The position numbers were made by a program, and so were the translations under genes. A model generated the notes under the pieces. The model saw only the letters and a program-made list of their open reading frames with translations. It made no database searches and was not told the origin of the DNA. A stretch of 64,000 nt of DNA from an uncultured Pseudobdellovibrionaceae bacterium (GTDB lineage Bacteria > Bdellovibrionota > FAC87 > UBA2466). Within the stretch, counting starts at the first letter, position 1, and every line of letters begins with the position of its first letter. The stretch is taken from contig CAYNEF010000001.1 of assembly GCA_964396165.1 (NCBI GenBank), positions 65,990 to 129,989 of the forward strand, in the 5' to 3' direction. Shown in pieces: positions 19,394-29,499 of the stretch.

Positions 19394-21622
19394 ATGACGC
19401 AAAAAAACTACGATAAGGCCGGTACTACCTCTCACTTGGAATTAAAGGTTCACGGAATGGATTGCGCTGAAGAAATCTCGGCCCTTAAACGAGAGATACT
19501 GCCTACTCTTGGGGAAAACGGGAATCTTTCCTTTGATCTACTGAACGGGAAAGTGTCCATTACCTCAGAAAAATTTATCCCATTGGAATCCATATTAGCT
19601 GCAATAAAAAAAACCGGGATGAAAGCCGAAATGTGGGACAAGGGACAAAAGCATCCACAAAAAGAATCTTGGTGGCAAAGCCATAGCCGCACAGCATCGA
19701 CATTGGCTAGCGCAACTTCCCTTTTAATTGGCTTTTTGCTCCATGCGCTCACTTCGAAAAATTTCCGGATCGCTTTTGGCGCTGAAGAAACTGGACAAAT
19801 ACATGATGTTCCTTACGCCGTACGCGGCTTTTATCTCTTTGCAATCGTCTCGGGAGGTTGGTTTATCCTTCCCAAGGCTTTTTATTCCTTAAAAAAATTT
19901 CGTCCCGATATGAATCTGCTCATGACCATCGCCGTGTGCGGCGCCATCCTGATTGGTGAATGGTTTGAGGCGGCGACAGTCGCATTTCTCTTCTCGCTTT
20001 CGTTATTGCTGGAATCCTGGAGTGTCGGCAAGGCAAGAAAAGCGATTCAATCTCTTATGGCTCTTACACCCTCTCGAGTGCATCTAAAGGATGTCTCCGG
20101 TGCACTTAAAGAAGTTGAGCCATCTGAAGTCCCTGTTGGATCTATTATTCTCGTTCGCCCCGGGGAAAAATTCGCTCTCGACGGCAAGATCATCTCAGGT
20201 TCTAGTTATGTCAATCAAGCTGCCATCACTGGGGAAAGCATTCCGGTTTTTAAAGATTCAAGCGCTGAAGTATTTGCGGGTACCGTGAATGGCGACGGAG
20301 CGCTTGAAGTAGAAACGACAAAGTTGGTTTCAGACACTATGCTTTCGCGTATTATTGGAATGGTTTCTGAAGCGCAATCGAAAAAGGGCCCTTCGGAGCA
20401 ATGGGTTGATAAATTTGCGGTAATATACACGCCGATAGTCTTAATGTTAGCGTGCGCTGTTTTATTTATCCCGCCACTCTTTCTAGAAGGCAACTGGACA
20501 GATTGGATTTATCGGTCTTTAGTCCTTTTAGTTATCGCTTGCCCATGTGCTTTGGTCATATCGACTCCCGTTAGTATCGTATCTGCATTAGCGGCGGCGG
20601 CTAAAAACGGGATTCTAATAAAAGGTGGAACTTATATAGAGGCCCCAGCTCATTTAAAAGCCATTGCTTTTGATAAGACCGGTACCTTAACCCAAGGCAA
20701 ACCAAGAGTGAGCGAAGTTATTCCCTTGGGAAACCATACTGAGGCTGAACTGCTAGCCCTTGCAGCCGGAATGGAAACGCATAGCGATCATCCCCTTGCG
20801 AAAGCAATAAGGGAACATGCGGAGCAAAGGGGAATTAAGCCTAGTGTCGCAACTGATTTTCAAACCATACAAGGGAAAGGAGCCACAGCTTTAATTAAGG
20901 GTCGAACTTATTGGCTTGGCTCCCACCGTTTTTTGGAAGAAAAGGGGCAGGAAACCCCAGAAGTGCATAAAGCCATAGAGGAGAAATCTTTCTCCGGAAA
21001 AAGTGTAGTAGTACTCGGCAATGAAACGCATGTGTGTGGTTTTATCGCTCTTAACGATTCTTTAAGATCGGGTGCGAGGAAAGCTATTGAAGATCTCAGG
21101 CAAAAAGGCGTTGAACGGCTGGTCATGCTGACTGGAGATAATAGGACAACCGCGAAAAATATTGGTGGGGAAGTCGGCGTTGATGAGGTCTTGTCCGAGT
21201 TACTGCCCTTGGACAAAGTAAAAAGTCTTGAAGCGCTTAATAATAGATACGGAACAACCGCTATGGTCGGGGACGGGATTAACGATGCTCCTGCATTGGC
21301 CGCTGCTACATTAGGTATCGCAATGGGGGTCACAGGAAGTGACGTCGCTCTTGAAACGGCTGATATCGCTCTCATGTCGGATGATCTTTCGAAGCTGCCT
21401 TGGCTTATCGACCACTCCAGAAAAACACTACGGATCATTCGGCAAAACATAACCGCTTCAATTTTTGTCAAAGCTGTCTTTGTGCTCCTTACCTTCCTTG
21501 GATATTCTTCTCTTTGGAGTGCAATCGCAGCAGATATGGGCGTCTCGCTTGCGGTTGTATTTAATGGGTTGCGGCTACTTAGCAATAATGTCGAAAATCA
21601 ATCCCCGATAACACTACGATAG
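19394..21622 (+). CDS. P1B-type heavy-metal ATPase (Zn/Cd/Pb, ZntA/CadA-like)
   Basis: N-terminal HMA-like domain, TM CPCALVISTP, DKTGTLT, SDHPLAKAI, GDGINDAP. The HMA motif is GMDCAEE, with only one Cys. Confidence 0.9.
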   Translation: MTQKNYDKAGTTSHLELKVHGMDCAEEISALKREILPTLGENGNLSFDLLNGKVSITSEKFIPLESILAAIKKTGMKAEMWDKGQKHPQKESWWQSHSRTASTLASATSLLIGFLLHALTSKNFRIAFGAEETGQIHDVPYAVRGFYLFAIVSGGWFILPKAFYSLKKFRPDMNLLMTIAVCGAILIGEWFEAATVAFLFSLSLLLESWSVGKARKAIQSLMALTPSRVHLKDVSGALKEVEPSEVPVGSIILVRPGEKFALDGKIISGSSYVNQAAITGESIPVFKDSSAEVFAGTVNGDGALEVETTKLVSDTMLSRIIGMVSEAQSKKGPSEQWVDKFAVIYTPIVLMLACAVLFIPPLFLEGNWTDWIYRSLVLLVIACPCALVISTPVSIVSALAAAAKNGILIKGGTYIEAPAHLKAIAFDKTGTLTQGKPRVSEVIPLGNHTEAELLALAAGMETHSDHPLAKAIREHAEQRGIKPSVATDFQTIQGKGATALIKGRTYWLGSHRFLEEKGQETPEVHKAIEEKSFSGKSVVVLGNETHVCGFIALNDSLRSGARKAIEDLRQKGVERLVMLTGDNRTTAKNIGGEVGVDEVLSELLPLDKVKSLEALNNRYGTTAMVGDGINDAPALAAATLGIAMGVTGSDVALETADIALMSDDLSKLPWLIDHSRKTLRIIRQNITASIFVKAVFVLLTFLGYSSLWSAIAADMGVSLAVVFNGLRLLSNNVENQSPITLR

Positions 21623-22174
21623 CAAATAATTTTTTACATGGCCCCTAAGCAGCCAGCCCAAGCGAAAGGAAAAGAAGCCTCCTAATAAAGCTCCTAAGGA
21701 CCAAGCTGCAATGAGGCTAGCAGGGATCGTATGTTCCACTTCCCCAACGGATAGAAAAAAACCCAATGACAAAAAAACCAAAAGAGCCCATTGAAGCAGC
21801 GGTGTTTTTCTAATTGCTCGAACTTCGTGCGTTCTCAAAAGAAAAGCTGCGACCAAACCCGTCCCTCCCAAAAAGACAGCTCCACAAGCGAGCATGCACC
21901 CATAAGATCCAAAGCTTGAAAAAAAGCTTAAAAGAAAATCATTTTCTTTGTGGATTGTGACTCCCAATTGTGGGCAGAAGAAAAGCGTGATCACGCCCGC
22001 TATAAAATGAATCGCGAATAACTTGCAGAAAACCTTCCAGATGGGTGGGTTGAGCTCGTCATGCAGTGTCCGTTTAATAAAAGCTGTAACGTCGGAGGGT
22101 GGTGTACTCCGGTCGGATTCCAAAAAGTACTGGTACTCTTTGTTCCAGTCGTCTTTTGAAAAATCTTTTTTCAT
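21614..22174 (-). CDS. Membrane anti-sigma factor (NrsF/DUF1109-like, multi-TM)
   Basis: Overlaps the ECF sigma stop by 4 bp. Cytoplasmic N-terminus followed by ~5 TM helices. Confidence 0.5.
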   Translation of the reverse strand: MKKDFSKDDWNKEYQYFLESDRSTPPSDVTAFIKRTLHDELNPPIWKVFCKLFAIHFIAGVITLFFCPQLGVTIHKENDFLLSFFSSFGSYGCMLACGAVFLGGTGLVAAFLLRTHEVRAIRKTPLLQWALLVFLSLGFFLSVGEVEHTIPASLIAAWSLGALLGGFFSFRLGWLLRGHVKNYLLS

Positions 22175-22794
22175 TTTTTTGCCCTCAATTTCTGTCCGTG
22201 CATTTTCACCTTCTTCAGAGCACGGCTAACCATTTGGCGCGCGTTTACAGGAGTCGTTTCAAGCCGTAACGCAATTTCCTCAAAAGAAAAATCGTTCCCG
22301 TACCTAAGCAGAAGCGCTTGTTTCTGTTCCTCGGAGAGTATTTTTAACCTTGCGGTATCTTCCAATAATACTGGCTCTAAATTGTGTTGTTCAGCCTGCA
22401 CGCTGGTGACAGTAGTTTTAGAAATCTCGATAGTTTTTTTACTTTCCCTCCCTTTGGATCGCAGTGCATCTATCATCACACTTCGACAGATCGTAAAAAG
22501 CCAAGGGAGCAACGGTAGCGGAGTACGATATTGCATGCGGGTCAGGTGAAACTTAAAAAAAGTGCCCTGAAAAATATCGTCCGCGAGCGCACTATCTGAA
22601 ATGCGCTTTCTCAAATAGCCTCGAACTAAATCCGCATTTCGATCGTAAAGCAGGTTGAATGCCATGGAATCCCCTTCCTGGTAGGCAATCATCAACTCCT
22701 CATCGGTTTTGGAACTGTAATCAATTTCACTCATACTTATTACGATCTGAGTCCACTTTTTTGTGACAAACCATTTAGCTACCACGGGAAGCAC
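22171..22794 (-). CDS. ECF-type RNA polymerase sigma-70 factor
   Basis: Region 2 (LLYDRNADLVRGYL...) and region 4 HTH (LLLRYGNDFSFEEIALRLETTPVNARQMVSRALKKV). Start may be the internal MSEIDYS. Confidence 0.8.
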   Translation of the reverse strand: MLPVVAKWFVTKKWTQIVISMSEIDYSSKTDEELMIAYQEGDSMAFNLLYDRNADLVRGYLRKRISDSALADDIFQGTFFKFHLTRMQYRTPLPLLPWLFTICRSVMIDALRSKGRESKKTIEISKTTVTSVQAEQHNLEPVLLEDTARLKILSEEQKQALLLRYGNDFSFEEIALRLETTPVNARQMVSRALKKVKMHGQKLRAKK

Positions 22795-22931
22795 TAAAAA
22801 ATCAAATACTTAGCAAATAATCCACTTTAAGTTAGAAATTCGTCACAAAAGCACACTGCGCTTCGTAACTATCTTCAAGAAGGGAAATCTTCGACAGCCA
22901 TTAACTATGGTTTAGAAGAAACGCTCAAAAA

Positions 22932-23294
22932 ATGCATAAAGGTCTGTTAAAATTTGTGGGAATTCTAGTAGGAAGTTCTCTTTTATTTGCTTATTTGTTT
23001 AGCTTTAAACAGTCTAAAACCGTAAGCAGTGAAAACCTTAAGTCTTCAAATGCTCAAACTTGTCAAATCTCGGAAATGACACCTACGTCTTGCTCAGGGG
23101 ATAAGGACGACCACGCTGGTTCTGCTGAAGATACTTCACACTGTCAAAAGCACTGCGGCCATGTTCATGCCGGACTTCTCTCAGATGCAAATCTGAATCT
23201 CACTTCACCAGACTCTAAAAAATCCATCGATTCCCCCGAAAAAACACCCGAAAACGTAATTCTCGATCCTGGCTCTCGTCCTCCCAATCTTTAA
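22932..23294 (+). CDS. Small membrane-anchored Cys/His-rich protein, possible metal binding
   Basis: N-terminal TM, then TCQISEMTPTSCSGDKDDHAGSAEDTSHCQKHCGHVHAG. Confidence 0.35.
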   Translation: MHKGLLKFVGILVGSSLLFAYLFSFKQSKTVSSENLKSSNAQTCQISEMTPTSCSGDKDDHAGSAEDTSHCQKHCGHVHAGLLSDANLNLTSPDSKKSIDSPEKTPENVILDPGSRPPNL

Positions 23295-23372
23295 AAATTA
23301 GTTTCCTGAAATTTATTAAAAACCAAGTCCATGAGTTTACGGTCATAAATACCTTACTCATAAAAATCAAAA

Positions 23373-23837
23373 TTGGAGATTAAACAAATGAAAACTTTAA
23401 ATCTATTAAGCGTTGGAATAATTATTACTTCTCTTTCAGCAAGCGTCAGCTATGCTCGCACAAGCTCAATCCGAGGTCGATTCGATCATAGCATGCGAAA
23501 ACCAGTACTCACTGACGTAAAGTGGACCGGAACATTCCGTTGTGAGGAGAAAAAACACGCAGTCGATCATGAGAAAAACCATGAATGCGATCTGGAATTT
23601 GTAAATGACGATACAAATGAAGTCTGGAACGTTAAAACCACAAAGGCTCTTGAGTCAATGCACCAACAATATGATGGGCCAATAAAAGCACAAATTGAAG
23701 CAGTGCGTTCCCCCCGTTATTTATTAGGAGGAAGTTATGTGGATATCAAAAATATCAAGCTCATGGACGGTGCGGTAAAAGACGATAAGCTTCCTGAAAG
23801 TAAAGATAACGAGAAAATGAGAAATGGCCGTATTTAA
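23373..23837 (+). CDS. Secreted hypothetical protein
   Basis: Signal peptide. No motif recognised. Confidence 0.45.
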   Translation: MEIKQMKTLNLLSVGIIITSLSASVSYARTSSIRGRFDHSMRKPVLTDVKWTGTFRCEEKKHAVDHEKNHECDLEFVNDDTNEVWNVKTTKALESMHQQYDGPIKAQIEAVRSPRYLLGGSYVDIKNIKLMDGAVKDDKLPESKDNEKMRNGRI

Positions 23838-23975
23838 TAATCAAACCGTTAAAAAATAGGCGTCCGAAAGGACGCTCTAAGGCCACTATTTCTGTCTACG
23901 GAACAGCGGAAATAGTGGCTTCTTTAATGCCATTCCGGCGGTGTTACAACGCTTGTAAAAAGGCAGGGAGAAAAA

Positions 23976-25235
23976 GTGCGTTTAAGCTTATCCAAAATAG
24001 CCAAAATAGTAACCATCCTGTTCTTGGTTTTGCCTCCAGTACGGGCCGAGGAGGAAGTTAAACCTGAAAAATGGACTTTAACCAAATTGCTTGAAAAGGC
24101 TTCGGCCAATTCTGCAACTGTTAAAGCTGCCGAAAAAGATTCTATTTCAGCTGAAAACCAAGCTTACCAAGCAGGCAAATGGGATAATCCGGAGGTCTCA
24201 GCAAACTTTGGCGAAAAATCCGATAGTAGCACTAAAGGAAACGTCTTTCAGGTTTCCCTGCTTCAAACCGTTCCTGTTTTCGGACAAAAAAGCATCTTGG
24301 AAAAAATAGGGAACCAGCAATTCCTCATTTCCCAAACTGAAAAACAAATCCAAAGCCTAATCCTTCAGCATGAGGTCGTAAAACGAGCTTACCGTCTCGC
24401 CGCGGTAGACGAACAAATGAAACATGTTTCCCATCGCAAGGATAAAATTCACCTAGTTGAACAATATTTAAAAAGCCGCCCCTTTGCCTCCCCCTCTCAA
24501 TTAGTGGAAAAAAGCCTGATAGAAAATCGCTTGCGAGAAATAGAAGAGAAATTTGTTCAAATTTCAGCGACAAGGGAAAAAGAATGGCAATCCTTGAACA
24601 TACTGCTCAACTTTTCTTCACCAATTTATCCCGAGCTAAATTGGTTTACCTCTCCTACTCTTCCTAACCGCGAAAGCCTACTTGAAAAAATACAAAAGGA
24701 TAATTTGGAGATCACTAAACAATCAAAGGTGGTTGCGACTTCAGAATTACAGATCGAGCAGGCAGGTAAAAAGGTTTATCCAGAGGTTCGAGTAGGGGGA
24801 GGATACAATCAAGAAATTTTGGGTACTACTGAAAAGTCTTACTATGGAATGCTTCAGCTCAGTATCCCTCTTCTAGACAGGGGGGGCTATGGGCTTGAAG
24901 CAGCAAAAGCCAAACGCGAAGCAGAGACTTACCGATTGGAGCAACAGCGACGCGAGACGGTTAGCAAGTTTGGAGAAGCGTGGGCTGAGCTGACTGAAGG
25001 GACAAGGCGACTAGAATTATTTCCACTGTCACTAGTCCCAAAACTTGAGAATCAAATGAAAGTCACCGAAGCAAATTGGCGAAAGGGATTAGTGCAAGTA
25101 GCGTCATTTCTCGAACTAGAAAACCAAGTACATGAACAAGCTGTAAAAGTATTTGATGCGCAAATGGCTTATGTCGAAGCTCTAAGTCACGTGCTTCTCT
25201 CGTCGGGACAGTCTTTTCCTGTGGAGGGAAAATAA
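23976..25235 (+). CDS. Outer membrane efflux protein (TolC/CzcC family)
   Basis: Signal peptide, OMF-like coiled-coil repeats. Stop is 1 bp before the RND ATG. Confidence 0.8.
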   Translation: MRLSLSKIAKIVTILFLVLPPVRAEEEVKPEKWTLTKLLEKASANSATVKAAEKDSISAENQAYQAGKWDNPEVSANFGEKSDSSTKGNVFQVSLLQTVPVFGQKSILEKIGNQQFLISQTEKQIQSLILQHEVVKRAYRLAAVDEQMKHVSHRKDKIHLVEQYLKSRPFASPSQLVEKSLIENRLREIEEKFVQISATREKEWQSLNILLNFSSPIYPELNWFTSPTLPNRESLLEKIQKDNLEITKQSKVVATSELQIEQAGKKVYPEVRVGGGYNQEILGTTEKSYYGMLQLSIPLLDRGGYGLEAAKAKREAETYRLEQQRRETVSKFGEAWAELTEGTRRLELFPLSLVPKLENQMKVTEANWRKGLVQVASFLELENQVHEQAVKVFDAQMAYVEALSHVLLSSGQSFPVEGK

Positions 25236-25236
25236 A

Positions 25237-28200
25237 ATGCTCAATACTCTTGTGGAATCAGGCCTTCGTAATCGTCTTTGGGTATTTTCCCTTTTTGGCG
25301 CGCTTGCACTCTTAGGAATCGGTGCAGTTATTAGCCTTCCTCTGGATGCTGTTCCAGATATAACGAATGTTCAAGTTGTTGTTAATACGAAAACAAATGC
25401 TTTAGATCCAGGAAAGATAGAAAAGCTCGTTACCTACCCCATCGAAACTGAGCTTTCGGGGATGCCGGGCGTTGAGCAAGTCCGATCTCTTTCCAAATAT
25501 GGGCTCTCCCAAGTAGTCGTTATTTTCGAGGAAGGCACCAATATCTATTTTGCGAGACAACTTGTTTCCGAGCGACTTCAAGGAGCGCGCGAAAATATTC
25601 CAAGCGGGCTCTCCCCCGAAATGGCTCCTGTTACAACCGGCCTTGGCGAAGTACTGATGTATGTGGTGACAGCAAAGCCAGGCTCTGATTTAGCGAAAAA
25701 AACCGAGAAAGAACAACTTTTATACTTGAGAGAGATGCAAGACTTTGTCATTCGCCCACAACTTAAAAAAATTACCGGTGTGGCTGACGTTGACACTAAC
25801 GGAGGATTCCTTAAAGAAGTGCATATCAACTTCGTTCCAGAACGCCTCGCCCACTTTGGGCTATCTTTGGATAAATTCATCACAAAGATCGATTCCCTAG
25901 GAGAAAGTTTCGGCGGAGGCTACATACAAAAAGAAGGGAATCAAGTAATAGTTCGGGCAACGGGCAAGGTGGCCGATCTTGAAACCATTTCCAACTTGCC
26001 ATTAAGTTTAAATGTAAGTGGAAAACCAATTCGGATAAAAGACGTTGCAGATGTAAGCGTTAATAGCGCTCTTCGACTGGGAGCTGCAACTTTTGGGGGT
26101 AAAGAAACGGTACTGGGCACAGTTCTCATGTTAATTGGTGGAAATAGTCGAGAAGTTTCCTCGCAAGCAGAAGACTTTTTAAAAAGAGAAATTCAGCTAC
26201 CGCAAGATGCTGACGTGAACATTGTTTATTCTCGAAGCCACCTTGTGGGCGCCACTATTCATACTATCCTTAAGAATCTCTTTGAAGGGGCGCTGCTAGT
26301 TGTCGTAGTCCTGTTACTTTTATTGGGCAATTTTAGAGCTGCCTTAACCGTTGCGCTTGCTATCCCAATCTCGATGCTTTTTGCGCTTAAAGGCATGGCA
26401 ATTTCCAAAATTTCAGCGAACTTGATGAGCCTTGGGGCAATTGATTTTGGGCTGCTTGTGGATGGTTCTGTCGTTCTCATTGAAAATATCGTTCGAAGAT
26501 TTGAAGAACTTCATGGAAAAGTTATCGATAAAAAAGAAAAACTGGAAATTGTATTAGAAGCAAGCCAAGAGGTTTTAAAACCCATCGTATTTGGACTTTT
26601 AATCATCATGCTAGTCTACGTACCCATCCTTTATTTAGAGGGTGTCGAAGGAAAAATGTTTAGACCAATGGCGGCAACGGTGCTTTTAGCTTTGGGCGCA
26701 AGTCTTATTGTTGCCTTGTTTCTTATGCCTGCATTGGCTTATTTCCTTATCCCCAGCAAAATTAAGGAAACAGAACCCTGGCTCTTTCGTATCATTAAAA
26801 ATCTTTATCAACCGTTGTTGAAGGTTAGTTTAAAGCAACGATGGATAGTCGGCGTTATTACGTTAATTCCAGCCACTCTCGCAATCTTTCTATTTTTTCA
26901 ACTGGGGTCTGATTTCGTGCCTCAGTTGGACGAAGGAGATTTAGTCATTAACCTTGCAAGGGAATCCCGGCAGGGAATAGACGAGTCGGTAATTCGCCAA
27001 AAACAGGCTGAGGAAATTATCGGGAGTTTTAAAGAGGTTGAATCCGTTTTTTCCCGAATGGGCACCCCTGAATCAGCCCTTGATCCTATGGGACCCTATT
27101 TAGCGGATACTTTTGTAATCTTGAAAAAGAATAAAAATGAATGGCCCCAAATATCAGGTAGAACGAGGACAAAAGAAGAACTGTTTGAGGCTATCAAAGT
27201 TGAGCTTGAAAAAAATAACCCGACCCAAGAAGTTTCACCTAATCAGCCCATTGCGATGCGATTTAATGAGATACTTGAGGGATCTCGAGCGGATATTTCC
27301 CTTAGAATTTATGGACCCGATCTGGACAAGCTTGTTGAATATTCAGAAAAGGCGCAAAAGATTTTGTCTGATATGAAAGGAATATCCTCCCTTGAATCAG
27401 ATCCTTTAACAGCCCTGACCAAAGGTCCAGTACTCGATGTGGTCTTGGACTACGAAAAAATGGCGCGCTTCGGACTTTCGCTTCGCGATGTGAATGGCGT
27501 TCTAGAGAGTGCGATGAGCGGACGTGAAGTCGGATCTTTTTACGAGGGAGATAGGAGGTTTGCTATCGTTCTACATCTTAAAGAAAGCTTAAGAAATGAC
27601 ATTTCTCAAATTGCCGCTGTTCCGGTAAGTCTTCCTGATGGGGGAACTATTCCTTTGTCATCCGTCGCTACCATTAGCGAACATGACCAGGTTACAACAG
27701 TCGCAAGAAGCGGTGCCAGAAGATATTCCGCGTTGTCTATTTTTCTTAAGGACAGGGATATTGCGAGTTTCGTTGTGGAAGCAAAAGAGCGAATTAAAAG
27801 CCAGTTGAATTTGGACTCAAATTATACGGTCGAATGGGGAGGACAATTCAAAAACTTGGAAAGAGCCCGCAAAACTCTCTTTATTATTATTCCAATTACA
27901 CTTCTTGTGATCTTTATTCTCCTACTAAAAAGTTTTGGTAACATTCGCCACTCACTGCTGGTTTTTAGCGCGATTCCATTCGCTGTAGTTGGGGGAGTAT
28001 TCGCACTTTATTTTAGAGGAATTAATTTTAGCGTCTCTGCAGCGGTAGGTTTCATTGCTTTAGCGGGTATCGCTACACTGAATAGTATGGTGATGGTAAG
28101 TTTCTTTAATCAACTTCGTGCTAAGGGAGAAGGGATAGAGGATACAATCTTTAAAGGCGCCCTTCTAAGGCTTCGTCCCGTTGCGATGACAGCGCTTGTA

Positions 28201-28392
28201 GCTAGCTTAGGGTTTCTTCCCATGGCATTAAATACCGGCATGGGCGCCGAAGTGCAACGCCCCCTTGCCACCGTTGTCATTGGCGGACTTTTCACCTCAA
28301 CAATTTTGACTCTTATTGTTGTACCTATATTATACGGCTGGATTGAGAAAAAGTTTGGCACGGAGAGTTCCACTCCAGTAGACCGCGTTTAA
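25237..28392 (+). CDS. Heavy-metal efflux RND transporter (CzcA/CusA family)
   Basis: 1051 aa. N-terminus ...DAVPDITNVQVVVNT...VTYPIE matches the HME-RND signature region. Confidence 0.9.
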   Translation: MLNTLVESGLRNRLWVFSLFGALALLGIGAVISLPLDAVPDITNVQVVVNTKTNALDPGKIEKLVTYPIETELSGMPGVEQVRSLSKYGLSQVVVIFEEGTNIYFARQLVSERLQGARENIPSGLSPEMAPVTTGLGEVLMYVVTAKPGSDLAKKTEKEQLLYLREMQDFVIRPQLKKITGVADVDTNGGFLKEVHINFVPERLAHFGLSLDKFITKIDSLGESFGGGYIQKEGNQVIVRATGKVADLETISNLPLSLNVSGKPIRIKDVADVSVNSALRLGAATFGGKETVLGTVLMLIGGNSREVSSQAEDFLKREIQLPQDADVNIVYSRSHLVGATIHTILKNLFEGALLVVVVLLLLLGNFRAALTVALAIPISMLFALKGMAISKISANLMSLGAIDFGLLVDGSVVLIENIVRRFEELHGKVIDKKEKLEIVLEASQEVLKPIVFGLLIIMLVYVPILYLEGVEGKMFRPMAATVLLALGASLIVALFLMPALAYFLIPSKIKETEPWLFRIIKNLYQPLLKVSLKQRWIVGVITLIPATLAIFLFFQLGSDFVPQLDEGDLVINLARESRQGIDESVIRQKQAEEIIGSFKEVESVFSRMGTPESALDPMGPYLADTFVILKKNKNEWPQISGRTRTKEELFEAIKVELEKNNPTQEVSPNQPIAMRFNEILEGSRADISLRIYGPDLDKLVEYSEKAQKILSDMKGISSLESDPLTALTKGPVLDVVLDYEKMARFGLSLRDVNGVLESAMSGREVGSFYEGDRRFAIVLHLKESLRNDISQIAAVPVSLPDGGTIPLSSVATISEHDQVTTVARSGARRYSALSIFLKDRDIASFVVEAKERIKSQLNLDSNYTVEWGGQFKNLERARKTLFIIIPITLLVIFILLLKSFGNIRHSLLVFSAIPFAVVGGVFALYFRGINFSVSAAVGFIALAGIATLNSMVMVSFFNQLRAKGEGIEDTIFKGALLRLRPVAMTALVASLGFLPMALNTGMGAEVQRPLATVVIGGLFTSTILTLIVVPILYGWIEKKFGTESSTPVDRV

Positions 28393-28518
28393 GATACTAT
28401 GTCATTATCTGAACACACTCATTCTAAACTCTAATCTAGGTATTGCAAATTCTTCCTATAGAGAATATGTTCAAAAAAAATCAGGGCCGGGTACAACCTT
28501 CTTGATTTTCAAAGACGG

Positions 28519-28551
28519 AATGGGGGCTATGAAAATAGCTCCCATTTTTTA
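28519..28551 (+). terminator. Rho-independent terminator after the RND gene
   Basis: aatgggggctat-gaaa-atagctcccatt followed by tttttt. Confidence 0.5.
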
Positions 28552-28587
28552 TTAATATCTTAAATAGCAAAAAGTAAGGCTAGAAAA

Positions 28588-28803
28588 TTAGGGACGCTTC
28601 CGTCTCTTTAACCATACTAATACTTCCGAAGTTTGGTACCGTACCGCTCTCCCTATTTTAAAATAGGGAAGTCCGTCATCTACCATGAGTTTATTGATAT
28701 AGCTTACAGAGATAGCTAATCTTTCTGAAAGTTGATCCTTTGTAACCAAAAACTCTGACTCGCTGAATATGGGGCTAGGTTTTTGCACTTCAGTTGAACG
28801 CAT
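28588..28803 (-). CDS. AlpA/Xis-family excisionase-like DNA-binding protein
   Basis: LSERLAISVSYINKLMVDDGLPYFKIGRAVRYQTSEVLVWLKRR resembles the AlpA prophage regulatory HTH. Confidence 0.55.
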   Translation of the reverse strand: MRSTEVQKPSPIFSESEFLVTKDQLSERLAISVSYINKLMVDDGLPYFKIGRAVRYQTSEVLVWLKRRKRP

Positions 28804-29079
28804 TTTATTTCTTCAAAAAAAGATTTTTCACTCATATAGGAATTTATTGGCAACAGAAATCGAAAGTTTACAATTCCTCCCGCAACAACGCAACGAATCA
28901 TACCACCTTTTTATCACTAACTCCTAGCTAAGCGAGCCAAAAGAGAATCCGGAGGACTGAAGTCCTATTAGTTATGGAAGTGCCCGACTTACCTATACAA
29001 ATGAAAAGCACGGAAAGCTGGGTGGCAATTATTGGACTGATTTAAAGACAACTGGCCCGCTAACACTATTTAAGAAATC

Positions 29080-29499
29080 TTAGTCGGAGCTATGCTCCTG
29101 TGCGAAAGCTTCGATTCTGGATTTAAGTTCATCTCGAACTTTTCGAAAACGACTTAACTCTTCTTCTTCAGAGCCCCCTTTGCCAGCAGGATCAGGCAAA
29201 GGCCAATGCACTTTAGTTGCCCTAGAAACCATCTGTGGGCACACTTCTTCCGCGCATAAAGTAATCACATAATTTAAACTAGCAATGAATCCCGGATGCA
29301 AGTCATCGTATGACTTAGAGTGATGACTGGTAATGTCGATACCAATCTCATTCAGCGTCTTTATGGCACTGGGATTTACTTTCGACGGTGCAGATCCCGC
29401 GCTCTCCACTTTCACGCTTTTATCGAATATCTTTTTAGCAAGGCCTTCTGCCATTTGGCTCCTTGCTGAATTTGCGACACACATAAATAGAATATTCAT
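29080..29499 (-). CDS. arsC: Arsenate reductase, LMW-PTP (thioredoxin-coupled) family
   Basis: CX5R P-loop CVANSARS plus downstream Cys pair (LCAEEVCPQ). Confidence 0.85.
   Translation of the reverse strand: MNILFMCVANSARSQMAEGLAKKIFDKSVKVESAGSAPSKVNPSAIKTLNEIGIDITSHHSKSYDDLHPGFIASLNYVITLCAEEVCPQMVSRATKVHWPLPDPAGKGGSEEEELSRFRKVRDELKSRIEAFAQEHSSD

Noticed and set aside
20908-21585. 225-aa minus-strand ORF inside the P-type ATPase
   Set aside because: It is antisense to a gene with all the canonical ATPase motifs. The Ser/Ala/Pro-rich translation is junk.
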